A stretch of DNA of 60,538 nt, counting the filler, from Sphacelaria rigidula (Eukaryota), in assembly GCA_964200075.2 (NCBI GenBank). It is 9 parts of 9 records of this genome, joined end to end, with 100 filler letters (N's around TTAATTAATTAA, not from the genome) between each part and the next. Parts side by side here need not be neighbours in the genome. Positions count along the whole stretch, not along the records: positions 1 to 6,638 come from CAXNAA020018912.1; positions 6,739 to 13,376 come from CAXNAA020018913.1; 7 more parts are not named here. One strand, given 5' to 3'. Below the pieces are notes generated by a model. It was not told the DNA's origin and did no database searches. It saw nothing but the letters and a program-made list of their open reading frames with translations. A program made the position numbers and the translations under genes. Shown piece after piece: positions 1-11,667 of the stretch (its first letter is position 1; every line of letters begins with the position of its first letter).

Positions 1-71
1 CGTCTCAAAAGGACTGCGTGGTCAATGGTCAAATGACTAAGGCAAGCAACAAATGAGTACGCCCCCCCCCC
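1..71 (+). mobile_element. 3' end of C-tract-associated short retroposon, subfamily A (cut by contig start)
   Basis: CGTCTCAAAAGGACTGCGTGGTCAATGGTCAAATGACTAAGGCAAGCAACAAATGAGTACG followed by C10; near-identical to 28737-28803 and to the reverse complement of 59468-59540. Confidence 0.8.
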
Positions 72-442
72 GTCTGAACTGGGATTTGGATCAAATCAAT
101 GACGCCTTCGCGCCACAACAACGACCGAAACCCTGTCACACAGCACTAACGGTCAGTTTGGGGCGGACAGCCTGTGTTCGAATCCCGACAGATGGTAGTC
201 CAGAGCTCGAGCTTCGGACCCCCTCGGTCTGCTCACAGAGCCGAGACGCACAAAGGCGGGCGTTGGTGTGGAGCGCACGTTCCTAACGCCCCGTATATCC
301 GGTCCCCTGAACAACATCCACGACGATCATTTCCCACGACCAAGAGCTTGCTAGCTACTTGATCCCCTCCAAAAGGGACTCAAACTCCCGAGAAGTATCA
401 AGCTGTGTGTGGTTCACACTACGTCCTCGAACCTAGACTCAC

Positions 443-719
443 CGAGGTAGTCATTTCCGCCGTGGGCATCATAGTCCCACACCTCGAACCGCATACCCCA
501 CGGAACCTCAACCGCCGCTCCGCCCATCCCCGCCTCTCCGCCGTCACCCCTCCCACCCTGAGGATTCAGCGTGTCGCCGCCGCCGCCGCCGCCGCTTTGC
601 CCGCTTGACACGCCACCTCCTTTCCCGGGAGCGAAAACGAGGAAGGTCTCGTCCCAAACGGGGAACAGCGTCATCGGGATAACTTTGGTGCGGCAAACTT
701 CGTCGCTGCCAACAAATAC
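443..719 (-). CDS. Internal exon of a C2-domain protein
   Basis: Translates VFVGSDEVCRTKVIPMTLFPVWDETF...MRFEVWDYDAHGGNDYLG, matching the C2 motifs TKVIxxTLxPxWxETF and EVWDxDxxxxNDxLG, with a Gly-rich insertion; CAG acceptor at 722-720, GTGAGT donor at 442. Confidence 0.85.
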
Positions 720-725
720 CTGCTG

Positions 726-772
726 CCCACCCACCCACCCACCCACCCACCCACCCACCCACCCACCCACCC
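726..772. repeat. (CCCA)n / (TGGG)n microsatellite in the intron next to the C2 exon acceptor
   Basis: About 11-12 perfect units. Confidence 0.95.
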
Positions 773-1185
773 GTGCGCGCACCCACCGGAAGCCCCAATC
801 GCGGGAGGATGGGTCACGGAGCGGAGAGGGAGAGGATACGAGGGAGCAGGGGAGGAGAGAGAGACTTGTGTGTGTGTATGTGTATGCGCGCGCGACCAAC
901 AAGAGCAGGACGAGTAGACGAGAGGGGGCTGAGGAGGGGGCTCTAGAGTGGGGGGTGGTCTCGTCAGGCAGATAGTCGTACATGCAGGTGCTGACTGACC
1001 TGCTCTTTGTTTCCTCACATGTTTACGGAAGAGTGGTGTTGTTCGTGTAAGGTGGGGATTGGAGGTCAGAGGCACAGAGGTGAAGGAGGGATGGATGGAG
1101 ACAGAGGGCTGGGGAGCATGGTAAGAGGGACGGAAGCGATGGATGGAGCCGTGGGAGACGAGTACGTTGGGGAGGGGGGACGGGG

Positions 1186-1587
1186 TGTACTCATGATATT
1201 GCATGCCGTGGTCATATGGCCATTGATCTCGCATCCCTAAAAAAGACGGGACGGAGCAAGCCGGGCTTTCACCGGATCGGGCTCGCAATCAATCACCAAG
1301 CGCGAAGCAGTCAGAGGGCAGGGGGGGAGGGCGGGGGCGTACTCATCCGTTGCTTGCCTTTGTCGTTCGGCCTTTGACCACGCATCGCTTGCGAAACGGA
1401 GCACTTGGGGGGGGGGGGGAGGGGGTGTACTCATACTCATGATCATGCATGTCATAGTCATAGGACCATTGACCTCGCATCCCTACAAAGCCGGGACGGA
1501 GCACGCCGGGTTCTCGTCGGACCAGGCTCGCACTCAATCACCAAGCGCGAAGCGCCGTGGTGTGTTAGGCGAGTCGCATGAAGGGTG
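1186..1587 (-). mobile_element. Three stacked copies (B 1186-1308, A 1338-1404, B 1426-1587) of the C-tract-associated retroposon, separated by G-tracts
   Basis: Each copy starts (on +) G-tract-GTACTCAT; homologous to copies at 28737, 32636-33590, 53902 and 59468. Confidence 0.8.
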
Positions 1588-1606
1588 CACCCTGCTAAGA
1601 TTGTTC

Positions 1607-1800
1607 GGCCCGAAGCCTCCTGATCTTCTTACATTTGGATGACAGCCTCCAATGAGTTGCTTTATTTTCTGGTATCGCCACTTTTTTAGAGACAGCCACG
1701 GGTCACAATACACTGCCTTATGTGTGTCTCACCATTGAGGCGCATAGGGGGGGGGGAATGTGGAAGACGCCTCTTCGCAGTGACATATCAGAGGCTGATG
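1607..1800 (+). mobile_element. Degenerate Ty1/copia gag-protease junction relic
   Basis: Aligns by eye with 33691-33870 (shared CATTTGGATGACAGCC...GAGTTGCTTTATT...TGGTATCGCCACTT...GAGACAGCCACGG), which encodes the copia protease motif WIADSGSSCM. Confidence 0.6.
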
Positions 1801-4297
1801 CCACACATGTATGAAGAACCAGCACATACATGCAGGTACAAGGTAGGAACGGTCCGAAAGGACAAGATCACCGAGGATCCTGTAATGCCAACGATACTAG
1901 ACAACTTGGGGTGATGCCAGGAAGTGCCTGATATCAGGACGGACCAATATCACTCGAGGAACTGGTCGCTCCCTGGTGACCACTTCTCGTCTGATCCAGT
2001 TCTTGCCTACATATCACACGAGGAAATCATCGCCAGCCTCGGAGTTCCCTCGGCATCAGGACGACGTCTTCAAAGGCCGCCTCCTCCTTAGTCTGTCTAC
2101 CGTAGCGATACGCCTTCCTCACATGTACTTCCGAAACGATACCCACAGTTCATCGGTGAGCAATGTCGCTGATGCTGCGCGGGGTGGCCATCGAGACTGC
2201 AACAGGAGCCTTGGCTACGGTAAAATAATGGTAAAGCTAAAGATTGACAAATACTGATAACATCTAGAGCCAATGATACGATCGACGCAACAACAAGCGC
2301 ATCGTCATGTGTGTATGGATATACGTACGCACGATACAGCTTTGGTGGCGCATCGCCGCCGCGAAGTCTATGGTCGCTCATGAGAAAAATAGATTTTGCA
2401 CATGAGGGGTTTGCTCTTTCGCGCGAGTGATAATGAAGCGCATCGTCATGAGTTGGCGCTTGTTGTCAAACTCGAAGAGGTTGTTGCTCTTTGGTGCTCG
2501 GTTTGGCGCTGCAGAGAGAAAATGATGCACATCATGATCTTCAACACAACGACCGCGCTCGTATGGGCCCCACAGCCGCGGTGACTGTCAGACGTACTTC
2601 ACTGTGAACTAACCCATGTTTGCTTCTTGTTCGTCGGCCGGTGTCAGGCCATCATCAACCAAACCTCCGGGTTGCACAAATGATGACGACGCGTATATAT
2701 GTTCCCACAACGGTGTACAATAAGACATGAATTTTCACTTGTGACTAGCTGGCCAACAATGTGCACGGCAGATCCCGAACGACTCCGCATCGAAACGGCT
2801 CAAAACTTTCCGTCGAGGCACTGAAAGGGGGCAGCCCGTAATGATCCCATCTCCCTAAGCCGACGACCTTCGTGATCGAAGCGTCTTGCGGAAGTCCAAG
2901 CGTCTTGCGGAAATGATGGGTCAAGGAGTCACAACATACGGTTTTGGGGGCAGCGAGGTTGAGTTTATGGTACTCATTTCCGCGCAGCAGCTATGAATTT
3001 CAGTACGTGATCGAATTCCCGGTCAGGGGCGGGGGCTCAGGGCAGTGGGCAACTCCCGCTCAACCGTCGTGCGTGCTTGAGTACACCGTTACTTCATAGC
3101 ACGATGGGTGTGCAAAGCATGCGGTCGTAGGATGCACCCGAATGGTTCGCTGTTGAAAGTGTAGCTTGGTTGGTTGTTGTTTCGCCTTGTGCTTCGTACC
3201 ACCCTTACCTGCGGGAAAGCGCCTCAACCGTGCAAGGAAGGAGAACCCTGGGGCCCTCTTTACGGTAGTAATTACCAACACTCCCACGCCGGCGGCGAGG
3301 GACGGCTAATTTACAGTGCGTTCAAATCTACTTGGAGGACTCCACTCCGCCAACACGAAGCATAGTCAGCTTCGCACAAAACCAAAAACATCTACGTGCA
3401 GAAGTTCTACGTTTTTACTTTGGAGCGCACGCTCAATGGATTTCTTCTTCATATCGCGTATACTACGTACCGTCGAAAATACGGCTCTCCGGCAGGATCG
3501 ATTCCCTTCCGAGACACCTGGTGATATCCTGTCGAAAGCAAACAGGAATCTGCGAACTTGCTCACTGAACCAAACACCTGATATCCTTTTTCGTACCCAC
3601 AAACAAGAAACTTGTCTTGTCCAGACCCCCGGTTCATGCCCACGAGGAATGGGCGGCGTGGTCAAGTCGCCATCCTCAATGTCTTTAATGCATACTTTCA
3701 CGTGCGAAACGACAAAACCATAGCTCGCCGACGAAAATGAACTGCGCACGTTAATGAAGGAAACTCTCTTCTTCCTGCACACTTTTTCTGCGTTTAAGAA
3801 CCGAACATTTTTACCCAGATTCCGTGGGCGCGGAAATCAATCGCGCTCTCAGGTCGCCGCCTCAGTTGTCACATGAATCTCTCTATATTTCATGCATTTT
3901 TTCCTCCTTCATTTGATCTCTTCATACATCAAGCATCGCGTCGTCGTTCATACTCGCTGTTGATTTGTATTTCCACACTGCACCCATGTCTATCTCACTA
4001 CTCCTCGGCGATAAAATTACAAGATTTTGCTGTCATTGGCAAGCGGCTGCACTGTTGTCAGCGGCGCTTGGGGTGCACTGTAGCATCAGATCCACGGCGA
4101 CGCGCACACACGTCCGCACTTGCTCATGTCCGTACAAATCGAAATTCAGGCACATCCAACACACATCTACCGGCAATGCTGCTCGTTCTGAATCCAGCGG
4201 AAACACGGCCTGTTCTAATTGCCTACTATCAAATAGTCGTGTCGGACAAGTGGGGAGAAACCATTGTTTTCGCGATACCCTTGGGTGGATTACCGCC

Positions 4298-4614
4298 TCA
4301 ACCCTGGATGCAGCACAGGTCGTCGGTGCAGCCGGTAACAAGGCACTGGTCGTTTATGGTGTCGGGGTTGGGAATGAGTCCCACTGAGCACGCGTGAATC
4401 CAGCAATAGGAGGCGCAGCACAACTCCGTGGTGCAGCCAGTCGCAGGGCACTTGTCGTTCTTCGTGATAGGGTTGAGGATCATGATTCCAGGGCAAGGCT
4501 GGCTCCAGCAGTAGGACTCGCAGCATTGCTCGACGGTGCACTTTCCGTCGCACTTGGGTGGATCCGGGATCGGGATCGTCCAAGAGGGGCATACGAAGAA
4601 GCCGCATTCGTCCT
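4298..4614 (-). CDS. Exon of a Cys-rich tandem-repeat protein (3 units of C-x4-C-x12-14-C-x3-5-CT-x3-CC)
   Basis: EDECGFFVCPSW...KCTVEQCC / ESYCWSQPC...GCTTELCC / ASYCWIHAC...GCTDDLCCIQG*; acceptor ctacag at 4617-4615 gives phase 1, matching the upstream exon. Confidence 0.85.
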
Positions 4615-5574
4615 CTGTAGTAGGGACAGTTGTTGTTGTTGTCGTTGTTGTTTGTTCCGAAAATCGCGCGAACATGACAAAAGACAAGCACGGCAAGCAC
4701 AGGAGAGCGCTGATGGTCGCAGTGAAAGGGACGGGCGATTGCAGACGTATATTCTCTTTTCCGTCGCACGATATCACATTCTGGACAATGTGCACAACAT
4801 TAGTCCATTCCGTCAAAAGTAGACGCGGGGGGAAACCTTTTGATATATATATATATTGTCGAACATGGTAGATAATGGAACACAGCTGTTGATATTTTTG
4901 CGAGGGACGGTAGATATTGCAAGCGTCGATCATTGTCTGTGGAAATTATAATAGATTAACATCACTGGCCATCGATGGACATCGTATACGGCTATAGATT
5001 CTGGGATGTTTTCATCCATCGTCATTGACGCACTCAGTAGAGTTGCAATCCGGTTCACTGGTTGTATTCGAGCATGCGTCGAGTCGTGGCGTGAAGTGCC
5101 GTAGGCCAGGATATATGTGTACTGGCTGGTCACGCATCTGGTCAACCGAAAACATACCGGGGTCTCTTATCCAAGAGGTAAGCAAACTGCGGACGTGAAA
5201 TCGCGTTTGATACGGCGGATAACGGTGTTCTCCCCTCGACTACGTTCTACTTACCCTTGTGTCAGCCGCGCCTTGTCGCACCACTTTACCCTCGAAAGCA
5301 TGCATCGCGCATCGGCAGCGGGGTATGCTTTGGTGTGTACCCGCCTTGACTAGCAATGAGTTCGGTTGTGACAACGCTGCCGTGGTGCAGTACCGAGGAC
5401 TGCAACAACGCGAAACTATGGAAGTCACATCTCCTTTAGAAAAGAAGTTTCGCGCAAAACCTACGCCGGTAGTGCGGTGCCGAGCGACGTCCAAGTCTGA
5501 TGAAGCAGAATGCAAGAGTCACAGGATCAACCTACTGCACGTTGAGAAAGCAAAGGTAGTCACGATACACTCAC

Positions 5575-5788
5575 CGGGGTAGCAGCATAGGTCGGCCGTG
5601 CAGCCCTCGTCGACTGGGCACTTCTCGTTGATGTTGTCCCAGTTGTGCATGCCGCCGGGGCAGGGGAAGCCCCAGCAGAAGGCCTCGCAGCACTGTGCGA
5701 CGGTACAGATTCCATAGTCGCACGGGGTCAAAACCGGGCCAATAATGGGAACGTATCCGCCGGGGCAGTCAAAGCTGTTGCAGTAAAC
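5575..5788 (-). CDS. Upstream exon of the same Cys-rich repeat protein (2 units)
   Basis: VYCNSFDCPGG...ICTVAQCC / EAFCWGFPC...GCTADLCCYP; CAG acceptor at 5791-5789, GTGAGT donor at 5574; 214 nt, ends phase 1. Confidence 0.85.
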
Positions 5789-6638
5789 CTGACATCGACA
5801 CGGGGGAGGGGCAGGGGGTGCGAACGAACGGCCGTGAGTGGGTGTCGTTTCACGTGGTTTCCCCATTTATTGCTTATCCGTATGGGTGGGCAAGTCCGCA
5901 GTGGGCAAGGGAGCAACGCCTTACACGCACAGCGCTCATTTTTGTTGGAGGAAGAGATCCTGCTTTGGTGCCGTGCTACTCATTTCCGCTCGTGTTTTGT
6001 GCACAGTTTTTGTTTTTCGCACAAAGGCTGCGCGGAGCGCTGGGGGGGGCTGGGGGGAGGGGGCGGGGGCAAGCCCTGCTGGTAATTGCACTATCAGCCC
6101 GCTACACGTTTCACAACATGATAGCCTTCGCGTATCCCTTCAACCCTTACTCACTTGTTTCTCCCCTGGATTTTTACTTGAATCACCCTTATGAGGCAGT
6201 AACAACGGCAACTAGCTCGTCGCTATATTTTACCTGCAAGCTTCGAAACACCAATGGTTTGGAATAGAGAAGGCAGACGGTAAAAGTTGGAAATTGGGTT
6301 ATCAAACTTCGGAAAGTTTAATTGTGGACAAAGCTTTTCAGGACCGACACTGGACCAGACTGTGATATGCAGCACTGCGGGGCTGACTCCGCTCGGCAAA
6401 GTAGTATCCCGTGTTAACCCTTTTGGGACCAGACCCCCACTAACACAGGGTTGACCCTGTGTTAGTGGAACAATAAAAAGTAAGTCTTCGAGCAACCTAC
6501 CCAATCACAGCGAGGCGACATTTATCGATCAGACCCGAACGACCAGCGCGGGGATTGTTGTCGGATGTGACGCCAATGCAAAGATCGTGTGGGGCCCTAT
6601 CCCTGGCCCAGATAAGCCTTCCCAGGTTTCCAAGTGCA

Positions 6639-6738
6639 NNNNNNNNNNNNNNNNNNNNNNNNNNNNNNNNNNNNNNNNNNNNTTAATTAATTAANNNNNN
6701 NNNNNNNNNNNNNNNNNNNNNNNNNNNNNNNNNNNNNN
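6639..6738. other. Artificial contig spacer N44-TTAATTAATTAA-N44 (first of 8; others 13377-13476, 20115-20214, 26853-26952, 33591-33690, 40328-40427, 47065-47164, 53802-53901)
   Basis: Identical 100-bp spacers containing a six-frame stop linker; intervening contigs are all 6638 or 6637 bp. Confidence 0.98.
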
Positions 6739-6928
6739 TTCATTTTTTATCGCGAGAGGGATTCCGCAGTCCCTTTCCCTCGTCGACCATTCAGTCGAAT
6801 TTTGTGTACCCACGACATAAGTTGCTCTCCACTGTTGGGCATGGTGTGAGAAAAAATCCCATATCGATGAGAACTGAACCCCACAACCCAACCGTCAGAG
6901 GGTTCCGAGGTTACCAACTGAGCCACCA
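6739..6928 (-). mobile_element. tRNA-derived SINE, 5' head plus part of body
   Basis: Minus strand has A-box TGGCTCAGTTGG and a degenerate B-box GGTTCAGTTC; body GTGGGTACACAAAATTCGACT..GGTCGACGAGGG shared with 9070-9336. Confidence 0.7.
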
Positions 6929-7054
6929 TCTGAACCATTGACTTACTTTTCAAGTGAAGGTGATGCTGATTCAACTGGTCACCTATCCTGGCGTCAAAGG
7001 GTGACAATGGATGTGCTAAAACGGATCTGTACGTAGATCGGGGGACCTCAGATC

Positions 7055-7848
7055 CGGAAACGCATTGTATGGAACCCAATTTGGCCCAAATCGGGGGAGC
7101 TCAGATTCGTTTGTCACGATTCAAGAACGGTTTTACACGAATCTGAGCACAGAGCCGTGGGAAACCGAGGTCCCCCGAATCTGTAGCAAATGACGTACGT
7201 ATGTTGACGTATAGTGACGGGGCAACAGGCGTTTGGTATTTCTGTAACAGCAGCAGACAGTCTCGTGACTGCACAGACGGTGCCTGCGAGCGCCGGCTGC
7301 TGGAGCAGCTCCGCACGAGGTTTGACAAGTGGATAAGAAGTGTTGATGCCGTACCTGGGGTGATGGCAAAATTTTATGCTGCACTGTACTGCTGTATGTA
7401 TTATCATAACGAACGGTAGTGTACTATCCTACATACACTCTGCTGTCGCGGCACTTGCAGAGTGATGAATGACACTGCACTCGTGAACTCTTACCGCACA
7501 CTGTGCACTGTTCTCGTAATGCCGAGTGTATCATCATGTATTACCACACGGCATTATTGTGTACTGTGATTGTGCGGTGAAATTCACAATATTATACCCT
7601 GGGGTACCGTGGTACGACGCTGCTCTTGAAGGATGGCTTCCTGCCTGCCTGTTCTTCGGCTTCACTACTGTGAAACTACACCCGCCCAAAAAATGAACGC
7701 TCACGCTCAGAACAATTTCAACAAAAATCTGTGAAACCAAGCCATACAGGGGTACACACGAATCTGAGTTCCACGAATCTGGGTCCTCCCGACTTGGCAC
7801 AAATTCGAGTCCCGCCAGATTCGGGATGGGCTGCCATACAAAGTGGTC
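7055..7848. mobile_element. Diverged copy of the PIF/Harbinger-like non-autonomous element at 56432-57310
   Basis: 7190-7665 aligns by eye to the reverse complement of 56625-57095; right end CTGCCATACAAAGTGGTC followed by TAA; left end eroded and approximate. Confidence 0.7.
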
Positions 7849-7945
7849 TAATGTGGCGGGTAATTAGGTTTCAAGGCGGGTTCTTATCGATAATTCATCA
7901 CATCAGTATGTAAGGCGGGCTCTTATTGCAGATGATTAACCCTCC

Positions 7946-8453
7946 GGCCGCTCCTTGGAACAAACAAAATAGAACGCTAGAAAAGTACCTTTCTAGAGCT
8001 TTTACGTCGTTCGACGCCCTGAAAGAGAGCCAGGCGGAGTTTGATACCTTGGAATGACTTGTTCTACTAGACGAGGCGGTTCCAGGACATTTCCCCGTTT
8101 TCCGGTGGCCACAGTTTTTATTTTGGTGAAACAATAATTCTTCATTTTTATATTGGCCAAAAAAGATTTTTTGTTCAAACACCTTAAAAACAGTCAAATC
8201 TAGAAAAAATCACCATTTTTCTCTGGACTTCACTGTTTTTTTTCCTTTCTTGGACTAAAATTCTTGTTTGGCCAAAATGAAAACTGCGGCCACCAGAAAA
8301 CGAGAAGATTACCTGGAACCGCCTCAACTACTAGAGTAAACCATTCAAACGTGTCAAACTGAGCCTAGCTCTCTTTTGGGGCGTAGAACGACGTGAAAGC
8401 TGCAAAAAGGCACTCTTCCAGATTTTTATCATCGTCTGTTACAAGGAGCAGCC
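7946..8453. mobile_element. Fold-back (almost fully palindromic) MITE, family F
   Basis: Termini GGCCGCTCCTT...AAGGAGCAGCC; ~200-bp imperfect inverted arms containing CCTTGGAATGACTTG..CTACT..GAG.CGGTTCCAG. Confidence 0.8.
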
Positions 8454-8544
8454 TTAGCCGCGGTGCGGGTAGTCCATCTAGATCACGCGTACTTCAGTCA
8501 AGTGGATGTTGATGCCGATTCAGCTGGTAACCTGCCCTCGCGGT

Positions 8545-8968
8545 CAAAAAATAACTCGTAGAAAATTGCATTTTCGATCCTTCTCCATCGTTTTTCGCCC
8601 GAAAAGAGGGCTAGGCGGATGTTGACACCTGGGAATGACTTGCTGCACTCCTTGAGACTGTTCCAGAGCACCTCTGCGTTTTCTGTAGGTCACAGTTTCG
8701 TTTTTGACCAAACTTGCATGTTCGAATACTGCTATGTGTTTTGATAACTCCACCATTTGTTATTGAAAACGTAACTTTGATCAAAGACGGAATTGTGACC
8801 CACGGAAAGCGCAAAAGTGCTCTGGAACGGTCTCGACTGTTAGAGCAAGTCATTTCAAGGTGTCAACATGCGCCTGGCCCCCTTTTCGGCGAAAAAACGA
8901 TGGAGTAGGGTCAAAAATGCACTTTTCGACACGATTTATTCTTTGATACATACAAAAAGCAGTGGCCT
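8545..8968. mobile_element. Second fold-back MITE, family F (left end eroded)
   Basis: Inverted arms 8560-8715 and 8775-8930 with the same core motif. Confidence 0.75.
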
Positions 8969-9069
8969 TCCTTATAGTAGTACATTATATAAATCACCTC
9001 TATTAGAACGGCCTGGTGACTGCGATCTCAACCCCCACCCGCCACTCGCCCGAAAAAAATGTGCGTCTC

Positions 9070-9336
9070 GTCATCCCATCTATTCTGGAAGCCAGTCTAC
9101 ACCTTTCGGTATATATGGGTGCACCAGCCGGGGTCACACAGGAGAAATGCCAATACCGGAGTTTTTTGTTTATCATTTGTTTTAGTTCTCCACCTTCCTT
9201 CTGCGGTGTTTGCCTTCTTTTTTTATCGCGGGAGGTTCAGCACTTCCTCTCCCTCGTTGACCGTGAAGTCGAATTTTGTGTACCCACCACATAGCCGCTT
9301 TTCACTGTTGGGAAGTGTGTGAGAAAAAATCCCATA
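9070..9336 (-). mobile_element. tRNA-derived SINE body and 3' part
   Basis: CCCATCTATTCTGGA.GCC.GTCTACACCTTTCGGTATAT.TGGG.GCACCAGCCGGGGTCACACAGGAG shared with 26804-26852 and 27471-27920; other end overlaps the 6739-6928 copy. Confidence 0.75.
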
Positions 9337-9478
9337 TGATGCAGCAGTACAGGGATGTTGGACGATGATCATTATTATTGTTGAAAAAATCACTTATGGA
9401 AAATGATTGCCCGAAAACGACCAGCGGGAGTCTTCATCGAGAAGCAGTCTTGTCCAGATCGAAGCCTAGATCTGCACA

Positions 9479-9526
<48 letters not shown>
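9479..9526. repeat. (ATT)16 microsatellite
   Basis: Perfect trinucleotide run. Confidence 0.97.
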
Positions 9527-9529
<3 letters not shown>

Positions 9530-11667
9530 GCACATTAGTCCGATCTCGCGCATCCGCGGTCACAGACATGGGCTCGCCTTCCCGATACCGTCCCTGCTAT
9601 TCCTTACAAGACATATAACCAAAAAATGAGAATAACAAGAGATACGCTACGAAAACCGGTGAGAATTAGCTCCCTCGAGTTCAACGGGGAGAGAAAAGAA
9701 AGAAAAAACAAACAAATAAATAAGCAACAAACGCGAGATCTGTAAAAAATGTACACAGGACACACGGGTTCAGAAATGCGGCGGCTCAGGAAGTGGCCGT
9801 CCTGCTTTTGTTGATGGCTCAGCAAAAAGGCATCCACACATGACCCCATGATGGTCTGTCACCATATGTGAGGGTACAAACGACCCTCAGACGAAGAGTT
9901 CTGAGAGGTTTCAAAGATAGCCTCGTCTCGGGAAAAAAAACGGAAGCCCCACGAAGCAGTGCTGTCCTCGTCCGAATCAGATACAGCACGGCAGCGGAGA
10001 CGCCTAGTTTTCAGCGATACCCCCCAGCACGACTTATTTCGGGGGACAGAACGCATGAGCATGAACGACGCGCGACGGGTGAAGAACACGTGCTCGCTAC
10101 TCGTATGATACCTCAGGGAGCCGTTCACCGGGGCCATTGTTCGCGCCCCTTGACTCATTGAAGAGTATTTACAGTGACATGAGCTCTGACCGCTCAGGGC
10201 GGAGGTCGTCAAAAATGGTCCATCCACGTATGGCATACGCCAGTACAACAACAGTGATATCACGACTGTCTCAGATAGTACAGTCAGTAACAGTCGGCGG
10301 TGAAACACATGTTGACCAATCACAGACGGTAAAGATTTGTACTGCAGCGACTTGCAAAACGTCCATGAACACGAACCGACCACATGCGGCAGAAGACGGC
10401 TTAGGTTGGTAGCGCTCTGCTGTTGTACAGTACTACAATGGTGTTCTACCGCCTGTTCTCGGCGCTCGAGTGTTGTCTTTGTTAACTGGCTGTTTAGCTC
10501 AGCAGTCAATCGGTAACTTAACAAAAGCTAAGTAATCGGTAACTCAACAGTCTTCCACTTGTCAACGAAACCCAAACAGCAGCAAGGCCGGTCGCTGAAT
10601 TTTTGTCCCTACACACGCCAGACTTGTAGATACGTGCGTGGTTCATATGCACCCGCCTGCATGCTTTGCTCTTTTGCGTACGTGCAAGCGAATCGTGGAT
10701 CGCATTGCTTTCGCACTTGAACTAATACCCGAGGGACCCAGCCTTGGTAACAATATGCATGTACCCCAGGTAAACAAAACAGAAACACTCGCCACAGAAG
10801 AACAATCGGGGGAGGGAAAAATGGAAACCCTCTAGAAAATACATGAAACTGATCAGAAAATGCCAAAACAAACGAAGCCCAGAACAAAACCCAGCAAGAA
10901 GGGAGAGGAAAGGCGCGAGCTGGGCCGGTCTGTCTCAGTAGTCGTGCTGTACGTGGTCGTATGACATACATCATAAGCGACCAGATACACGTGTATTGTT
11001 TTTGCACAGGGTACAGTATGTAAAGTTGGTTTTCAATTTCGACCACGCCACGACCAGCCGTAACGGCAGACCAGACCAGTCGCTACGACAGCTCAGGCTA
11101 ATACCGCTCGTTACTGCGCACGCACGAGACGGGGTGTCATGTGATGCGCCGTGGAGACGAGTGGGTTTCAAGGCAACAAAACAGTCTCTGTACTCCACGA
11201 ACGGAACGGAACGAAACAACGACTTGGCCGTCTCAACTGTCCTTCGACGACATTCAAAGCGAGCGAAAATGGTGATCGTCGCGCATGAACGAGTGGCAGG
11301 TGTTGAATATGCTATCATCGCTCGGAATAGCACACGATCAAGGCCTATTTCCTGGACAAAAAAAACCCAGTAGAAGAACTGATCGAAAGCGATACACACC
11401 GCCACAGCACTGGGGGGCACTCGTTACTTGGATCAATCACAACAGTCACGCACCGAACAAATTTAATAAACCTTGAGTAAGCCGCAGCAGCAACTACCTT
11501 GAGTAAGCCTCAGCAACATGCACTACACTTGCTAACGGTATATCAGAGGGTGGACTCTCGCATGAAATCGAAATCGATCGATACCCCATCCATTGAGAAG
11601 TTGTTCAGTTAGTGATACAGAAGAGTAAAGCTGAGTACAAAATTCCAAGTGTCCTCTGTATTCTCAC

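Noticed and set aside
4620..4660. Poly-Thr (mucin-like) stretch in ORF 4298-4933
   Set aside because: It lies upstream of the phase-compatible acceptor, so it is intronic CAA repeat
6683..6694. TTAATTAATTAA recurring every ~6.74 kb
   Set aside because: Artificial assembly linker embedded in Ns
6860..6930. Functional tRNA gene
   Set aside because: The B-box is degenerate, no cloverleaf could be built, and it is attached to a multi-copy SINE body
9746..10515. Plus-strand frame of ~255 codons interrupted only by TGA (9 times), suggesting recoding or CGA>TGA decay; overlapping 221-aa minus ORF
   Set aside because: No recognisable protein in either reading, and one such TAA/TAG-free stretch is plausible by chance across six frames of 60 kb
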